From NCBI RefSeq assembly GCF_009914755.1, contig NC_060925.1: a stretch of DNA of 64,000 nt; one strand, written 5' to 3'. The notes beneath the pieces were generated by a model. That model was not told the origin of the DNA, did no database searches, and saw only the letters and a program-made list of their open reading frames with translations. This document shows positions 42,897-58,543 of the stretch, in pieces; within the stretch, counting starts at the first letter, position 1; the number at the start of each line of letters is the position of its first letter. Position numbers and translations under genes: made by a program. The stretch comes from the human T2T-CHM13v2.0 reference genome, Homo sapiens.

Positions 42897-44063
42897 TTAT
42901 ATAATAGCTATCCTAATGGATATGAAGTGGTATCTCACTGTGGGTTTTTGTTGTGTTTTGTTTTTTATTTCCATAATCAACACTGGAGGTACATTACAGT
43001 TTGTCCTCATGAATTCTAGTTGTTCTCATGAGGTACATTTTGTCCTTGCAGTTTTGACTTTGTCTTTGAAATGCCCCATGTCACATCTAGCTATTCTTCT
43101 GATTCCCAGGTCTAGAAACTACAGTGACTTCAGACCTGCCCCATGTACAATGGAAAGACTTCCATAACCTTTTTTCTTCTACCTCTAACATTGTCTAAAG
43201 TTTAATCTCTATCATACATCGCTTATTCCATCAAACTAATAATGATTTTACTTTGCAGATCAAATCCTAATGATATACAATTGATAAGTGTTTAGGAAGG
43301 GAAGTTTTGGGCTATAAATTGTCCCTCTTCATCTCATTTAATGCTTTTTGGCCTACTCTGTTTTGTTTGATATCAGAATCACAGCACCTGCTTTTTCAGA
43401 GTTGGGGTTTCCGTTATGCCTACATTTGAAAATCTTTTATTTTAAAGGGTGAACTGAGCCCACTTATAAATTGTTATATCTGATGTGGGTTGGTCTCAGC
43501 TGTGTCATATTGTTTCCTATTATAACTACTGCATCACTGTGCCACACTTACTGTGTTTCTTTCATTATTTGGTATGTATTCTTTGCTATTTTTAGAACTT
43601 TTGGGGTTTTGGAATAGGGTTTCCAATATTTGGGAATACATATATTTTGTTGTAGTGATTTTTATTTATATTTTTAATATATTACCCTTAATTCCTATAT
43701 TTTGTTTCTAACCTTTTAACATCTGGTCTGTCTGTTTTATATGGTATCCTTTCACTACTACCTGCTACTGATATTGCAGACAATGATATTATTCTATTTT
43801 CCCTTCGCTCTTCCCCTTCTCCTCCAGTTGTCTTTAGTTGCACCTGTTCTAAGTTTATCAGAAAGTATAATGTATATACACTAGTCTTTCACCTTCTGAA
43901 TATACAAAATGCTCTCCATTAGTCACTCTGCTGGCTTCCTCAGCTGTCTCTTGGTTGGAGGAAGCTCATTCTCTAAGATTCCTCATGAAAGGCCCATGTG
44001 AGTCACGTTCTCTGAATTTTTGCATTCAGGTCATATCTGTTTGCCTACAACCTTGACACTTGA

Positions 44064-44504
<441 letters not shown>

Positions 44505-44818
44505 TAAAATCTAATCGTTTTACTAAAATATATTTAGGAGTTGATAATTCCAGATCATTTCCCAAGGTACATGGAAGTCACTTTTGACATGTACATTTAA
44601 ATTTTCCCTTATTCCTGGATTATTTTCTGGGGTTATAGTTTTAATATTAATTAGGTTTTATTGTTTAATGTTTGTACTTTAGGGACTCCACTTAACATGT
44701 ATTTTGGTCTTCCTTTCCTGGCTTTTATTTTAACCTCTTCTCTCTGAACCTTTTTACTTCTATCTTTATATTATTTTCAATTTCTTGATTGTTTTCTTGC
44801 CATTCTTCAGTGTCCTTT

Positions 44819-44933
44819 TACATATTTTCATTTGAATATATTTTCCCTTGGACACCTTGTAATTATTCTTTGTTTCTGGGATAGTTTTTGTCATTACTTT
44901 CAATTTCCTTCTTGAATTTGCTCAACCCTTGTT
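44819..44933 (+). repeat. Source copy of a 115-bp local duplication (partner 39818-39932)
   Basis: Offset 5001 bp, same orientation; no flanking duplication at this copy. Confidence 0.95.
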
Positions 44934-46299
44934 GCATTTCTTCCTAATTTTTGTCTAGTCTGTCTTCAGTTCTTGAAATTTCTTATCCTAGATATGTGTG
45001 TGTGTGTGTATGTGTATACAAATACGTGACACTTTGTTCAGTTTGACATGTGGTATTACAATTTTCTTATGCTTCATGGTTTTTATTGTGGGGGTTTTCA
45101 TCAGCGAAAATGTTATGATTTATTTTTTATCATCAGAAATGTGATTTCTGTTTTCTTTTTGCAGAATCTTTAAATGCAGTTGATTTGATGTTTTTCTGTT
45201 ACTAGGCATTTTGAGGCAGGGTTCCCGGTTCAAGAGTGTTTTCTTTTATCTGTGTACTGAAATGCAGTTTTTAATAGATAATGTTGGTGTTTGGGGAGGG
45301 GACTGGCTGTCTTCTCTTTCATTTCTGCAGGATTTGTAATTTTCCCTTCTGACTTCCTTCTTTCCCTTCATTGTCAGGCCTCTGAAGGACATTATCTTCT
45401 TTTCGTATTTATCTGACTTTTTCCCAGAAACAAGGCTCCTTCAAGCCTCTCACCTCTTGTCCCATTTTCTTTCAAATCTCTTCCCTTGATCAATAAGGCA
45501 CCTGACCTCTGTTCAGTTTTTAGTTCTTGGTGTTGGACTTTCTATTTATAAAGAGGTGACAACCCTGTACTTCACTTAAGTCCTTGGCAATAGTGGAGGG
45601 AGCTCAGTTGGAATTTGGTATCTTTTCTTTCTTCTACTTAAGTAATTTAATGTTCAGTTCATGGCATTCTCTCTAAGTAATGCTGAAGGCTTGTTTTTGT
45701 TTCGTTGAGGATATGGGTACGGACTTATATCAGGCAGCTGCCATTATCCTCTGACCGAGAAGCTCCTGAAAACATTTAATATATCAAGTTCTAAGTAAAA
45801 TTTCTGTCTTTCTTAGGAACACTGGAAGCTTTGCGTGTTGCAAGGGCATCACCAAGGTTACATAGATTATGTTACAAGACAGATCGTTTTCTTGTATCGT
45901 TAAAGATGCTTAATGTGCTTTTTAAAGAACGCAACGAATGAGAAAGAAAAGATTTTAAACAATATATTATTGCTTTCCTTCTTCCTCATTTTGTGTTTAT
46001 TGAAAAGAACAACTCTACCATTGATAGCTCTGTCACCCACAGAAAAATGTTCTTTTGAAAATTACCTTCTCAGTTCCTACCAACTCAAAACCTCCACATC
46101 TGCCTATATAGATAAATAAAATCGATACCAGCGGGTCAGGAATGTTTTGCTGCAAGATTAGTGAGAAAACTGCAGCAAGCAGCAGCAAAGTCGGGTTCAA
46201 GCGGGCGGTTTGCACCAAAAACTCAGGTCAGTTGGCCAATAAGAGCAAGCCCGTTAAGGGTCTGAGGTGGCCCCAAAGACCAAGGCTGAAGAGGTGACA

Positions 46300-47960
<1,661 letters not shown>

Positions 47961-48834
47961 CGTTTGTAGTGTTTTACTGGCTCCTCGGCTTTGAAAGCAG
48001 CGTTATCTTTTCCGAATTCCTGTAACCCTCGTTACTGTGACATTTAGTGTCACCGCAAACCCAGAAAATTCTGAGTTAATGGAGATGGACTACGGGTGGT
48101 TGGGTTGGAACAAGAGAGTGGTATCCTGAAACAAGCCAGAGGGAACTAACTAGATGAACAGACTTCAGTTCTGAAGTCAGACCCCTAAATGTCCACGCCG
48201 GGGTTTGGCTGCTTCAGAGGTTTTTTCTTTGCTTCATTCATTCATTCATAGCCGAAGATGTTAGGTGGAATGGGTGCCTTATGTGGTTTCTGGTAAATTA
48301 CGTGGATTTGTTTTATCTAGAAGGGCAGAAATAAAGCCCTCTTTCCACGTGCTGAATCGGCCTAGCTTCTGAGCTGACATTGTACTCTTAGCGTTGTTTT
48401 TGTAAAAAATGGTATAGGTAGTATATGTACGCGAAGACTTGGTTTATTCTTGAACAGCAAAGAGCATGCAGGCAGCAAAAGCCGTGCAGTCCATTCAGAG
48501 ATATAATCGTGTAAAACTGGAATGATTTTTAAAACTTTGCTTCCCGGTAAACTGTGCCTTGGCCACTCTGCATAGCCTGGTGTGCTGGTGAGACCTGGCA
48601 AAGCTTTCTGCCTTTCATGCAAAGAAAACCAAACACATAAGCCACCCTTGGCGTTTCTCTTTCCTTAGTCTGCCACTTTCATTAGTACACGTGATTAGAA
48701 AGAGCAAGCGTGCTCGTTCGCCTCCCGGAGGCTGATTCCTCACTCTGGTGGGCTTCAGTTCCTGGATGGTGTGAGGGGTCTTCCATGCAGAAGTCTTCAG
48801 ACACTCCTGAAGTGTGTGATTCTTAGTTTGTTTT

Positions 48835-48866
<32 letters not shown>

Positions 48867-50469
48867 TTAAAGAATTCCTGGTGGCAATATAGACAGGTAC
48901 GGAGACCAGGTAGAAAAAGTGGGGGAAATGAACAATTAATTACACATGGATTGGTGATTTGGGATTCTATTCTTTCTGTCAACGAACCATAAAATTTAAT
49001 GCTACCCCTTAGGATGCTTTAGTGATTTGTCGGTTGAGGAAGAGGTGTGTAAATGCAATAGCTTTTGAAATTGCAGTGGAAGACTCATTAACTTCGTGTG
49101 GTGGACCCAGGGTTAAAGAGAAGCCTTAAGATGGTTTCTGAAGGAGGTAAATAGAGCCCTGCTGTCACGAATGCCTGATGTATAGGAAAATCGTGTAGTC
49201 TTCTTTCTTCCCCAATTGTTTCCATGGATTTAGACACTAGAAGTGTCTCTAAATTTATTTCATTCTCATACCAAAAAAAAAAATGTGGTTTGTTTGGCTT
49301 GTAAAGTATGGACATAAAAAAAGATAGCGGGCCATGCACAGAAAGGCAGAATTTAAAAGCTAGCTATAGTTTTTTAGAGATAAGTGGACCTATATTTTTT
49401 CTCTTGCCTCATACTGTTCAAGTCAGGGCTTTTATTCCATATTTAGCCAGTTTCTGCACATCCTGACGTTTTTCATAGGGTACTAGGCTGCAGTATTGGG
49501 CTTTAGGGATCGTCTGAGGGGAGTCCAACTAGGATTTCTGCTGCTTCAGCAGCCCAGCCCAGGCTTGTCATTGTGTGCCCTGCCTGTTAAGTAACTCATC
49601 ACAGAACTGTTATTCTCCACTTGGCAAAACCCAGAGAGCCAGCTCACCTCAGATTGCAGGTTTAGTAAACTAAGCAGGAGGGAGTGCTGAAGACCAATCT
49701 CAGGCACTGCCGCACAACTCGGGACTCAACACCCAGGCTCAGGACATGTATGTTAAAGCAGTTTATTCAAAATATTGTTTAAAATTATGTTTCATTTACA
49801 TTTGTGTCCATACCCTTTCCCCCCATATTTTGCTCTTTCCCCCTAAATTGATGATTTGCACTTCAAGCGTGCCTTTCCTTTGAGCTTCTTAAATGCTTTA
49901 AAATTTTAACCATGTTAAGTCTCCCCTGGGCTTTGGTACGTTGGCAGTGGATGGAGCCGCAGAAGAGAGGAAGGGATTTCTCTGGAAATGAAGCTGCCTG
50001 TGGGTGAAGTGTGGCTGTTTAGGGTGGAAAGGGAAGGGTTTTCTCTCTGCTGTAAGAGTGTGTGGAGCCTGAGACCCCTTGCCTGTGTGCCTGCATGCTG
50101 GGAGGTAAGGGACGGTGTTAGTTGAGGGACATGATCCGGAGCCCTGGGAGCCTGTCCACTTTGCACAGTAGCATCACCCTTATTCCCTGAGCTGGCACGA
50201 GTCCTGTGGCCCTTGCCCGAGAGTCCAAGGGTGGGGGACTTTGGGTGGGATCTTCTAGGAATCATGCGGGGAGGCGGGCAGGTTATTTCTTGGAACAGTG
50301 AAGGACCTTGCCGGGCTAGACCATGGTACACATGGAGGGGAACGTTAGGGTGTAAAGTTGGAGAAATTCAGAACTAAATTGTAACGGGCTTCAAATGCCA
50401 AGCTGAACCATTTGGGAACTAGTAATGTTTTTGAGCTAGTAGTAGACATTAAAGGGAAATGGCACAAAT

Positions 50470-50650
50470 CCACTTATTGGCATTGAGTGAGACCTAGCTG
50501 TTTACCTCTTTGTGCTTAGTGACCTTCACTGATGCATTGAACCTCTCTGACCCTCAGTTTCCTCATCTTTGCAGTGGGAGTAATCATTCTTACCTCATGG
50601 CCTTGTTCGGAGAGTTAAATACTGTTAGTGGGTGCTGAATAACTGCTATC
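50470..50650 (+). mobile_element. MIR
   Basis: AACCTCTCTGACCCTCAGTTTCCTCATCT...TACCTCAT. Confidence 0.75.
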
Positions 50651-53625
50651 TCTAAAAGAGGAAAATGAAAAAATAAAAGCCTAAATATCCCCTTGAAAGT
50701 GTAGTGAACCAGGAATCTTAAGTTCACGGTATTCCTGATACAATTCTTGATTTCTGGAAAATAGTCGTCTTTCTTTTTTTTATCTGTTACCCCCACCTCT
50801 GAGATTGATCTGACTGGTTCATTTGGGGTTTGGGCTATGAATCTTAAATGCTGTTAGAGACGGACTTTTTGGGAAGTTGTCCAGACACCATGCCAGCTCT
50901 CTTGTACCCAATTGTGGTGTCAGAATGGGGATCCCAGTAGTGGGCAGCCATCGGGAATGTGGGTGGAGGGTGCAGCTTGCCTTGGCGGTTAGGCAGTTGT
51001 AGTGTCCAACAGTGGACAGACGTGTCCCTGAACGAGGGGTTCCTGTGGTGGGATCCCAGGTTCTGAGCTCCACTGCTCTCCCTCTGTAGCCCTGCCCCTC
51101 TTGTTAGAAGGGCAGGTCGCTGTGATCCCTGGAAGCATGCATGACTTGAGGTGGAGCATGGGGCCCTCACGTGGTTTAATGGGTGCCAAAAATCTGTGAG
51201 CATCTTGGTGGATGCGGAGGGGAACACACATACCACTCCTTGCCACCTATCATCCGTTTGGAGTTTAAAGAAAGTCCACTTCAAATGAGAGTTTGAAGTT
51301 GACACAGGGAGGACAGTAGCAGGGAAAACCACTGTATAGCCAGATAATCCGACAGTGGCACTGTAACATAAACTTCTCTCTTTAAAGAAAATAAAGTTTC
51401 CCAATTCTGGAGTGAAGCTGTGGCTGCCTCTGGGTCAGCAAACATAATGGAAACAGATTGTGTGACTGCTGAACAGTGCAAAAGTAACGAGCTCTTCCCT
51501 AGACCCTTGAGCAAAAATGAAAAAGCAACTGCTTTACCCAGCACTGAGTGGGGTCAGCTTGCCCAGGCTCTGTTGGACCTTGGGGTGGGGGACACCTGGG
51601 AGGCTGGTGAAGGTTTTATGAGTCTTCAGACCCGCTGTCAGTTTCCCCACCCTAGCTCCTGTTTGGATGAATGATGGGTGAGTGGTTGGTCTCCTGTTTG
51701 GAACAGAGGAAGAGGTGGTCAGAAAAATGATGGGAGAGGGGGTGGGGGAGATTGGGTTGGGGAAGACATAATTTCTTCTTGCTACTGCTCATGTTTCTTA
51801 GGGCTTTGGGGAGAGGGAAGTCAGTTTGGGAAGATACTGATTTTAGTGTCAAAGCAGGCAAGGCCACTGTCCTGCCTAACTTCTAGCAAGTCCAGAGGCA
51901 GTGGGCTTAGTGAAAGCAGGTGTGGTGGGGCGGGGGTGGCGGGGGGTGCGGTGAGGCTGCCTGGGACAGAGACACAGGTGTAAGCAGGAGTCGACTGTGA
52001 GGCTCTGGCTGAGATCCCAGGAAGGGAAGCTAGGTATTCCTGGGAAAAGCCTGTGAAGTCTCCTGGAGTGCCCAGCAGAATTCACGTGATGAGAAAACAC
52101 ACAAACCTGGCCAAGTCTATGCTCCCTGTTGGTTTTTGTGCTTTTGTCCTTGTGAAGCCTCTTCTGGAAGCTCTGCATGGGTGATGCTGAGCCATACAAG
52201 TCAGTGGATATCCAGATGGAAACACACTGGCTTAGCCATGCCACTCACATGTAACAGTGGGGCACTTCCATGCTGGTTGTTAAATATGCTCTGCCTTGAG
52301 ACCCCCTGAGTGCCCTCCGGTTCCTAGCTGCCCTGGTCTTTCCTTGGGATCTCTTTCCCATGTTCAGCAATCAAAGGGTTGAATCCTGACACTTGAGGGG
52401 CCTCTTGGACCCACTTCTGTGCCTGTGCCATAGTGAACATGCTGATTGTCACCCCTGCAAATGTGCCACTTGGATAGAAGGAGGCCTAGCCCCACTTCCA
52501 TGATGGGAACAATCCCTTTTCCCTCTGAGTAAGTCTTGATTCACTGTTACTGTTGAGAGTTCTGGTTCCACCATTGTAATCTTGTGGCCTTGCCTCTAGA
52601 CTGCCTTATGGGTGAGGTGTTTTTAAGGAGGAGGGATGTCTTGGTACTTCCATATGCAAACCCCCCTGAATGGGTCTGGGATAGGCTGGGCCTGGCGGGG
52701 AACTCTCCTCTATGGAGAATTACATTGAATTCATTGATGTGTGCTCACCAGTGATCACTCCTGTCCTTAGAGTGGAACTTGACCTTGTTCTCTTAACAGT
52801 GTGAAGATTCCTTTACCTTGGCCCTGTGCTTGATCTTCATGATGAACCCAGTATGGAGTTGGCAGGAAAGCTGTCTTCAGATTACCTGCCCAGTCCAGAA
52901 AGCCTCTCCCACCTTTCTCTATTGTAAACCATGGAAATAAAAGGGGCTCAAGACACTAATCCATCTTCCCTGATGGGCCCCCACCTTTCTAGGGTTCCCT
53001 GCTCTAAGCAGGTGGCACTGTGCTCCTGCCTGGCTCTTGCCTCCTGCAGCACAGGGTGAAACACTGGCATTTTTGCACTTAGTCATGTCTACTAGTATGG
53101 GCCCCAGAAGCATGGGGTGTTTTATATGGATTAGGTTTCTTAGCATGCTGAAATGTAGATGACAGTGATTCATCAGGGCCGGATTTGGAGATAAACAAAA
53201 ACTGTCACATAGAGTCTCACTCATAGGCTTACATTTAAAAAGCTTTCCCAGGCTATGGGAGTTATATGAGCCCCTTGTCTCACTGAGGCGGGCTGTCACA
53301 AAGAAGCAGTTAAGGGCTGGCTGCCTGGGGGCTGGGAAATGGGCCGATCCCTCATGGCTCAGCCTGCCCTTGCTGGCTGCTTGCCCTGGTCAACTGTCCC
53401 TTCTGCCGCAGCCTTCCAGGAGCTCCCCATGGAACAGAGAGTCTCTCCTAGGCCACTCTGCTGACCACCTCCTCCTGCCCATGGCTGGCAGTTTTCTGTC
53501 CCTAACTCTTAGGGAAGAGGAATGGCCAGGAGGGTTGGGGGTAGAGTTACTGAATTTCCAGAGTTCAGGTCAGGACATGCATTTGGGCAGGGACAAGGGT
53601 ACTTTCGGGACCGTGGTTGCTCTGG

Positions 53626-54143
53626 TTCAGTTTCTTAACTCTGGCACCATTGACATTTTTGGCTGGCTTTTTTTTTTTTTAAGACAGTTGTACTCTGCCA
53701 CCCAGGTTAGAGCTCAGTGGTACAACCAGAGCTAACTGTAGCCTCAAACTCCTGGGCTCAGGTGATCCTTTCACCTCACCCTACCGAGTAGCTAAGACTA
53801 TAGGCATGTGTCACCACAGCAGGCTAATTTTTAAATTTTTTGTAGGGACAGGGTTTCACTATGTTGCCCAGGCTGGGCTCAAGCGGTCCTCCTGCCTTGG
53901 CCTCCCAAAGCATTGGGATTCCAGGTGTGAGCGACTGCACTGGGCTGGATCATTCTTTGTTGTGCAAGGCTGTCCTCTGCATTGTATGATGTGTAGCAGC
54001 TTCCCCAGCCTCTCCCCACTAGATGCCAGTAGTTCTCCCACCCCTGATCTTCCAAGTTGTAACAACCAAAAATGTGCAGACATTGCCAAGTGTCCTGGCG
54101 AGGGTGGGAGGTGGGCAGAATTGCCCTTGGTAGAGAACCACTG
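53626..54143. mobile_element. MER20 (hAT-Charlie) interrupted by an antisense AluJ (~53668-53945)
   Basis: GGCACCATTGACATTTT...CCCACTAGATGCCAGTAG...AACCAAAAATGTGCAGACATTGCCAA...GAGAACCACTG. Confidence 0.88.
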
Positions 54144-54659
54144 CCTTAGTCCGTTAATTTTGATTTCATTCCTTCTGTCTGAGCCTTTATGGTTAGACCT
54201 TCTTGTAATGAGACTGCCTTTCTGTGTGGTCTGGGGTGAACCACTGTGGGGAGGGCTAATATATTAATACGTTTTAATTTTCAAAATTTAATAAACACTT
54301 TCATGGCACTCACTGTGCATAGAAATAAAAGGGCTGCATTTCATCTCAGCCCTTTTATTTCTTCTAGTGTACTGATGAAACTGAAGCACAGAAAGGTTAA
54401 GTGACTTTCCCAAGGTCACAGAGCTCACAGGTGGCAGACCCAGGGTTGTCTGGTGGAAGAGATCTCCTCAGGGCCTCTGGAGGCAGTGGGGTTTTTCTGC
54501 AACTCCTGGCCGAGGGTTTCTGCCAGCCAGCAGTGAACCTGGCTTGCTCCTGCTCCCTGGGCCTCCCATGCCCCTTCCTTGCATTGGCAGTGCCCTCATA
54601 CTGCGGCCTCATTTGGAAAGTTCCTGGAAGGCATCTTGGAGCAGATGCACACTTGATAA

Positions 54660-54989
<330 letters not shown>

Positions 54990-55124
54990 TGCTCTTTTCT
55001 TCATTTTTACCTTTTGCTCCATGGAATTTGTGTTCCTACCCTCCAGGCCTCTGCCTGTCCTGAAGGCCGCAATCCTCAGCTGCCCCTCCGGAAGGAGCAG
55101 AGATGAAAACTGGCTCTGGTTCTT

Positions 55125-55430
55125 TTCATTTATTCTTTCAGTGAGTATCTCTTGAGACCCTCCTATGTGCCAGGCACTGCTTGAGTGTTTGGGAGTACAC
55201 CAGTTGTTGTAGCAGACACGGAATCCTTGTGGTCTTGGAGCTTTCATTCTAGTGAGGGGCTGCGGGGAGCCAGACAGTAGACATGAAGTCAGTTACGTCA
55301 TGTGCAGAAAGGTGCTGTGTGCTGTGGAAAAAATAGAGCAGTGTATGGGGATTAGGGATGAGGGCGGAAGGATAGTTGCAGTATTAAAGTGGTGATCACG
55401 TAGGCTCATGGGGAAGGCAGGATTGGAGCT
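55125..55430 (-). mobile_element. L2 3' end
   Basis: TTCATTTATTC...CCTCCTATGTGCCAGGCACTG...GGAGCTTTCATTCTAGTG. Confidence 0.75.
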
Positions 55431-56955
55431 GAGACTAAGAGGGAGCCATTGTGGTTCCCTCTGCTTCAGAGGTAGCCCCTGGTTTCATCTTCGTCCAGCC
55501 TCTTTTTCGGTGATCTCTCTACTCCTTGGTTTCTTTTGCTAAACAAATGAGCCAGTTTTCTTTCCCGAAGGATGTTGCCTTTGGTTGGCTAGTGGTGGAG
55601 TTTCCCTCCATGCTGTAGACATCTTGGTCACCTGTTCTTGTTCTGGTCTCCTCGATGAGGCATGAATGCATCCTGGTTAAAAGGTTGTGTGTACTCTCAT
55701 AATCGCTTCCCTTACTACAGACCTGCAGCTGCTCGAGGCAGTTTTAATTTAGACTGCTCCAGCAGTTTAATTTGCTGATCAGCTTCGTGGGATATGCTTG
55801 TGGAACAATCTCATTTCTTGATTCCTGAGCTGACTTCTGTGAAGCACCAAGCATCGGGTAAGTCATTCATTGTTAGGTGCACCATTGAAGAACAGTACAC
55901 ATTCTTAAAGTGCTTTCTGCACATATTGCTGTTTAACGAGAAATCCCCCTGGGTCCCTGTGCACCTTTTCCAGCACAGGATTTCCGCTGTGATGTGATCT
56001 TTGGGAGTTGCTGCGGGTGGGAGTGGGGTTTGTTGATTCATATTTGCAGGAAACCAGAGATCAGATGCCTGCCTGATACCCAGGCTTTGGAGAGGGGGGT
56101 TATTCTTGGCAATGTGGGTAACACTGAGCTTCTGTGATAGATAGTATTGTACTTGGGGACAGTAAAATGGAGATGTGACTTCATGGCCAATCTCAGGGAG
56201 GCGGAACTGTGGGAAGTTGTGGCTGGTCCTGGTTCTCAAGGTGAGGGCATGCAGGTGCTTTTCATAGAGGCCATTCTCATTTATGAAGGGTCATTAGATA
56301 TTTTATCGGATTGGTAGGTACCAATCCCATAAAACCATTGGGATGGTTAGGCACCGTGCGTCCAGTGTACTTCTGGATAAAACAACTGGAGCATTTACAT
56401 GGCGGGAAAAAGAACAGGTAATTTGAGAGGCCTTCACATTCAAGAGTGGCCATCAAGGTTTCTTCCTCTCTGCGTCAGAGACCAGTCCAGGGAGTGAACT
56501 CTTTTCTTTCTGACAGGCTGCTGCCCTAGAAAAATGACGCACTTCAAATGAAGGGTCTTTCTTAGCTAAATTGCCCTGTGAGAGCTTGAGGAGCCGGTGC
56601 AAATTAAAGGCCTGTGTTTTGGAGATGCCCATGAATTAAGTACTCTGTTATCAGTATTTGGGTAAGTGTAGATGACTGTTGGGTAGGGGCATTTGTATGG
56701 CTGTCCTGGATGATGAGAGGGTTGGCCCAGTGTGGGATGCCTCCCAGTCTCATTGTTTCCTCCTTGCTGCCTCTGGGGCTTTCCCCTTGACCTAGATGTT
56801 GAGCTTTTGCTCTGTGACCTTCAAAAGGCCTGCCCTGCCGCACTCTCCTTCCCCTCCTGCCCTTGTCCTGCCCCATCCCCTGTGCCAGGGAGCTCACTTA
56901 GTTGTCTTCCTGTCTCACTTTTGATCATCACTAATTTCCCCTGTGTCTGGAATAC

Positions 56956-57690
56956 AACTTTTTCATCAATTCCGAGAGGCCATTATTTGTCAAACATGCC
57001 ATTATTTTGTGGACCACTAGGAAAGAAAAAACACTGTCCATTGACCTGTGACACAACGGGTTCTTATCAGTTGGCATTCTTATTTTCTACTTATTGAAAG
57101 AGCTCTTTCAGACCGAGACATCAATTTTTCCATATATCACTCTCGGGCATAGATAGATACAAAGGAAAATACAAGTGAAATACATTGAGCAAAGTGTTCT
57201 AAAAGTTTTTCAGAGTCCAAGCACTCTGAGTCACTTTTTGACTCAGATGTTAGTGCCTATTTTCTTCAAACAGAGTCATCCACTGTGCCACCAAAAGCGC
57301 TGGTGATGTAGCATTTCCTAAGGAAAAAAATCCATAAAAATACTAAGAGCCATTGGTTCTGGACTTTGAAGACAGCTTGGCAATGAAGTCGAGGTAGCCA
57401 GCCTTTGACTCTTCTGGGAATTTTGCCTAACTCCTCAATTCACCATCCATTCCTATCCCACCATGATTTGGTTTTTAGGGATTAAGAGTGCTTGCTTCAT
57501 TGTCGTTTCTTGGATTTTCTTCTAAGCCATTGACGTATATGTCCTGCAGATGTGGATGATTGAGCATGGGCTGGTAAGAATGCATCATGGGCCTTGCCCA
57601 GCCCATAGCATTGCCGACGTCATTGATTGTGAGCTGCATTCCAGTCGGGGGTGGTGGAGGAAAGGGCATCTTAGAATTGACCAATTACAG
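56956..57690 (-). mobile_element. TcMar-Tc2 (Kanga-like) DNA transposon with transposase remnant
   Basis: TIR-like ends TTTCATCAATTCCGAGA and CATCTTAGAATTGACCAATTACAG. The minus strand at ~57275-57325 reads FLRKCYITSAFGGTVDD, a decayed pogo-type FKKCCITNALDGTEDD motif. Confidence 0.7.
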
Positions 57691-58369
57691 CCTTTCTTTT
57701 TCTCGTGTGTCACATTGCAGTTGGGCCTTCATATCTGCGGGTTGCACATCTGCAATTAAGGCAATTCCTACTTTATTAGTGGTTATATTATTAAAAATCC
57801 TTATTTTTTGAAGAACAATACAAACTGTGGATACAATGTGTCGTATTTGGGGGGGGATCATGGAAGAAGCCAGATGTGCTGTTGAAGTTGACCAGTGGGT
57901 TCATGGAGTTCATTCTACTGTTTTATTTTTGTGTACTTTTGAAAAGTTCATTTAAAAAATTTAAAAAGATATTTACTCATGTATGCAGCATAAATTAAAG
58001 AAGCAGCTGAAAACTAGTATTTTTGTAAAAAGCAGCTCAAAGGGTTTGTGATCGTATTAGTCCAGAGGTGCTTCTGCCTCACAGCTCTTCTGTAGTTTGG
58101 GATATTCCACAGTGATTCTTTTCATAGGGAGCATCAGAGATTACGTTAGATCCTGACTTAGTACCTGTATCACCAGGGAAGCATTCTTACATTGGTTGCT
58201 GTTTCTTCTGTGAGGAGTATCTACATTCTTTGGAAATTGCTAATCCTGGTGCAGTTTCTGGTGGTAGAGGATGAGCTCAGGCGGTCTGTGAGGTCATTTC
58301 TGCCTAAGCAGACTGCCCGGTGGACCAAAGACCCTGTTACCCACCAGAGTTCACTGTAGATGTTTTATT

Positions 58370-58543
58370 TTATTTTATTTATTTATTTTTAGAGTCAGGG
58401 TCTCACCCTATCACCCAGGCTGGAGTATAGTGGCATGATCATGATCATAGCTCACTGCAGCCTCAAACTCCTGGGCTCAGGCGATTCTCCACTTCAGCCT
58501 CCCAAGTAGCTGGGACAACAGGCATGAGCCACTGCGTCCAGCC
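58370..58543 (-). mobile_element. Alu monomer (FRAM/FLAM-like)
   Basis: Single-arm Alu; TSD AGATGTTTTATT (58358-58369 / 58544-58555). Confidence 0.88.

Noticed and set aside
54014-54032. CTCF-like motif in MER20 (CCACTAGATGCCAG)
   Set aside because: It mismatches a core G of the CTCF consensus and cannot be supported without ChIP data.
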